DNA of 63,216 nucleotides, the filler included, from Piedraia hortae CBS 480.64 (taxonomy: Eukaryota), in the NCBI GenBank assembly GCA_010093745.1. It is 3 parts of 3 records of this genome, joined end to end, with 100 filler letters (N's around TTAATTAATTAA, not from the genome) between each part and the next. Parts side by side here need not be neighbours in the genome. Positions count along the whole stretch, not along the records: positions 51,950 to 63,216 come from MU006068.1; 2 more parts are not named here. One strand, written 5' to 3'. Position numbers and translations under genes: made by a program. Numbering within the stretch: the stretch's first letter is position 1; each line of letters starts with the position of its first letter. This document shows, in pieces, positions 60,040 through 63,216 of this stretch. The notes under the pieces are model-generated. The model was not told the origin of the DNA and did not search any database. It saw only the letters and a list, made by a program, of their open reading frames with translations.

Positions 60040-60401
60040 TCTACCTATGCACGCAAGTGCATAGGTAATTTTTGTCATTTAGTGGCTACTGTTGGGCCAA
60101 AGGTCGGATTGAAGGCGTTGTGGAAGTAAGGCCATTGCCGTGGGGTTACCGCTCCTTTCTCCAGCTGGCCCATTGGCTTGCTGTATGTCCCGCCGATTGC
60201 TTTGCTCTGTGTCTGCATCCATGAAAACTCTTTCAGCGTTACCCATTATGGTGCACCCGCCTTCATTTGGGTCCAGAATTATATAATCAGTACGGTTACG
60301 GTAATATACCATTGAAAACGTATAATAAAACCATCGTACACGTCAGAACTCAGAACCTTCGTCATGCGGAAGGGCCCGGTCCGTCCACGGCCCGGGTCTA
60401 G
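60040..60401 (+). mobile_element. candidate non-autonomous Helitron (362 bp)
   Basis: A|TC start, subterminal 11-bp-stem hairpin, 3' GC-rich hairpin followed by CTAG|T, no TSD. Confidence 0.5.
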
Positions 60402-60758
60402 TGACCCCACTCTGCAGCACGGCACTGACTTTTCTCTTCTCTTCTTCATGTGTTGTTCTCTGTCTACATAGGGCCTACGCAGTCCTCTCGTCCATAGCCC
60501 ATTGCTTTGAGCCTCTCACCCTTGTCTCTCATCGATCTCTCGACCCCGACCCCTCGTCCTTAGCCTCGTGTCGTGATAGAAGGCATTGGACTTATAATAC
60601 CGATAAAATAAGTCAAGTTAGCATATTGTTTTGATGATGTCATACTATTCACTATCGCCAACACTCCAACAGACATACAGCAATAAGTCACACCCCCATC
60701 GCCGTTCAACAAACCAAGCTGCAGCCGGATGACCGACACAGAGCGCAGCAATTTAACA

Positions 60759-61196
60759 TTACAGCTTGGCCTGGGTGCGGGCCTTGGTAAGAACGGGCTC
60801 CAGCTTTGTGGCCTTCATGACGTCGCCCTTGACTTTGAGCTTTCCGCTCATGAAAAGCTTCTGCGCATTGGCTTTGCCCGAGATGAGTTTAGCAAACTCC
60901 TCATCCGAAAGTATGAGAGTCACTCCAGGCTTCTTTCCCTCTGGTGCACTGCCCTGTCCAACCTTTCCAGACTCTTTGAGGTCGATGTACCAATCCTTGG
61001 TCTCGCCCTGGGGGTTCTTCAACTGGAAGGAAAAGATTGCTCCCCCCTTCTTGATCGCATCTTTGCGCTCATTCTCGCTCTGCAAGGCGGAAGAGATAAG
61101 GTCAAATGCGGCCGAGGATGGCCAAGCAGCTAATGTTGTTAGCCCTTCGCACCCCACATTCCGGTGCCCTCCAAACCTACCGTCTTTGAGTGACAT
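60759..61196 (-). CDS. peroxisomal SCP2 sterol-carrier/fatty acid-binding protein, 2 exons
   Basis: WYIDLK, ANAQKLFMSGKLKVKGDVMKATKL, C-terminal PTS1 AKL; intron 61180-61130. Confidence 0.92.
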   Translation of the reverse strand: MSLKDGRFGGHRNVGCEGLTTLAAWPSSAAFDLISSALQSENERKDAIKKGGAIFSFQLKNPQGETKDWYIDLKESGKVGQGSAPEGKKPGVTLILSDEEFAKLISGKANAQKLFMSGKLKVKGDVMKATKLEPVLTKARTQAKL

Positions 61197-61817
61197 TCTT
61201 AATGTAATCAGCAAGGGTGCGAAAGTTGTTTGGCTGAGGATCTTGACCTCCATAAATACAGAGTCTCACATGTCAGCCGCGGTCCGGACAGGCACGTGAA
61301 GGCGGAATGTGCGGCCGGAACCAGCTCCGGCGGACACGGCCGTTGCCCGTAGCCTTGGCACGAGGCCACTCCAAGTCGTATCCGTGCTGTGTCGTCGTTG
61401 TCACAACTGATCTGTAACTGGCCAGGCATGTCCCTCCAAGTCAAGCCCAAGGTGACTACAGTCCTCATACGTACTGTAAATCAGCTACAGTCGTGGCCAA
61501 AAGTCTGGGATGGCGCACCATATGTAAAACAAGCCGCCATCTTTGAATCCGTGTCACACAACACATAAACGTTGAGACATGTTATAGATTACTGCATACG
61601 ATAGTCAATGCCCATTGCGATTCACCTGTTGCTACTTTTGTGTGTTCAATTATGTTTGCGCATTCGCAAGAGTCCGAAGCTCGAGACCCTTCCGATTCAG
61701 CCCAGATGCAGTCGAGTTTGAAACAACACTACTTTAGCCAACAACATCGTGAAGGCCCGAAACTTAGGAATGGTATTGCAAAGGGCCCAACAAAATGAAT
61801 GAATGATCAATCGTGAG

Positions 61818-62992
61818 TTACAAGCAAGTGTACCAGCCGTCAGTCGCGATGATGGCCTCAATGCGCTCTTTCATGCTGTCGACCAGGCTTTCTACGATTT
61901 CACGACGAATTAGCTTCCAGGCAAATGGCAGAGCTTCTTCGAGCATGGCCACTTGATGTGCTTTGTTCGTTATGCAGTCAATGTCCGGTTTGCTCTCGTA
62001 GACCTTCCGCTTCAAATGCACCCAAATTTGCTCGATAGAGTTCAGATCTGGGCTGTACGGCGGCCAGTCATCAATCACCTCGACCCCCTGGTCCCGAAAG
62101 AAGGCCATCGCCTTACGCGAGGTGTGGATTCGGGCGTTGTCCTGCTGGAATACCTGCCCATTGTGATGTGGCAGCAGGCTCGCCTGCAGGGCTGCGACGT
62201 AAGATCAGAGGTATAGCCTTGGCTACGCGAGGTGAGTTCATGCTCCATGACGACGAGATCGCTTTCCTCGATCGTTTTGCCAATCATTGCCCCGACCATT
62301 ACGCGGCCTTGCTTACCTTTTGGGTATTCTTGGACAAAGTCCTTATTCAACTTGTTGCCTGGAGCTCCAAAAACCCACTCGGGCTTCTTTCCAGCCCCTT
62401 TTTCAACGGAGCACTCGTCCGAAAATATCCAGGACGCCCAGTCCGTGTCTTGATGCTGACTTGCCCATCTTAGTCGCTTGTTGGCAATCTCCTTGTCAAG
62501 GGCAAGACGCTTCTTGGCCTTCCAATGCGCAATTCCAGAGTCTTGGAGAATTTGCCGGTACATTTGGCGGCTCAGGGGCAGCCTAACTTCGTAAATCAAC
62601 TCCTCGTATGTCATTATGGGCTTTGGGCGGATACAACGTCGTATCGCCCGTCCATCACGTTCATTCGCCTTCATCGGCCTTCCAGACCTCGGCCTATTCT
62701 CTACGCTCTTGTCCTGCTTTGCTCGACGAATGAAGTTGGACACAGTACATTGGGGGAGTACTTGTCACGTCGCGGACTATCCTTATAACTGTGTTGTGCC
62801 TTACGGAAGAGCGAACTTCGCTATGGGCTGGAGGCGAGGTGTCGGGTCACGTGGCTGAGATATGGTTCCGGGTCCTTTCCCGGCGTTGTGCCTCGCGACG
62901 ATGGCGCCCCTCTGCCGCTCAGGAATATCATGGCGAGGTTTTCGCTGATTGGTAATCTCAATAAGAGGTTGACGGCGAGTATTTGGAGGCAT
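61818..62992 (-). pseudogene. frameshifted Tc1-like DDE transposase
   Basis: RSGRP, WIFSDE, FQQDNA, WPPYSPDLNSIEQIW spread over three ORF pieces; frameshift near 62205 and a disruption near 62760-62850. Confidence 0.9.
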
Positions 62993-63190
62993 TCTTACCT
63001 GTATCACTAGTCAGTTTCGTGCTTCCGAAAATCACAAGAGAAGGTCCGTTTGAAAGCGCACAGGGTGAGTATGGAAGTTATGGAGGCTTGACTTTGTTTA
63101 AGAGCTAAGAATCAGGTTGATATAGCGTGTTATGCTGCTCTGTTGTTGACGCGTTTGTATTATAATTGTGAGCAGATGTGTACCTGCATA

Positions 63191-63216
63191 CAAATCTCTA
63201 CGGAAAACTAGTTGAC
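63191..63216 (+). repeat. 26-bp direct repeat, copy 2
   Basis: Identical to 1-26. Confidence 0.95.

Larger units (their letters stand above)
61488..63216 (-). mobile_element. Tc1/mariner DNA transposon, degenerate, one end outside the window
   Basis: TA followed by CAGTCGTGGCCAAAAGT (Tc1-type TIR start) at 61486-61504; transposase fragments on the minus strand. Confidence 0.85.

Overview
Eukaryotic nuclear DNA from a gene-dense, intron-poor filamentous ascomycete (Pezizomycotina-type proteins; introns mostly 41-64 nt). It is a pseudomolecule of three contigs (1-26276, 26377-51849, 51950-63216) joined by artificial N44-TTAATTAATTAA-N44 linkers, so adjacency across the linkers is not established. 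About 30 mostly housekeeping genes are recognisable: RIB7, ALDH, U2AF1, RPL34, PRP8, a Myb factor, NDUFAF3, histones H3/H4, an S28 peptidase, AFG2, ZDS1, GEM1, creC, a creD-like arrestin, BCKDH beta, GLO1, MED7, a DPP1-like phosphatase, IND1, ADA3, HRD3, Maf, a TCO89-like protein and SCP2. Accessory DNA comprises a decayed tandem AFG2 paralogue interrupted by a solo LTR with a 5-bp TSD, a NACHT-WD40 NLR-like gene whose upstream ~245 bp recurs inverted 22 kb away, a candidate non-autonomous Helitron, and a frameshifted Tc1-like transposon. The most notable oddities are histone H3 with Met at position 29 (ARKSMPST), substitutions in normally near-invariant Prp8 segments alongside atypical splice sites, a head-to-head gene pair with ATGs 13 bp apart, and an identical 26-mer at both window ends. 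I found no clearly novel multi-gene system. Product calls come from motif recognition by eye, not from database searches.
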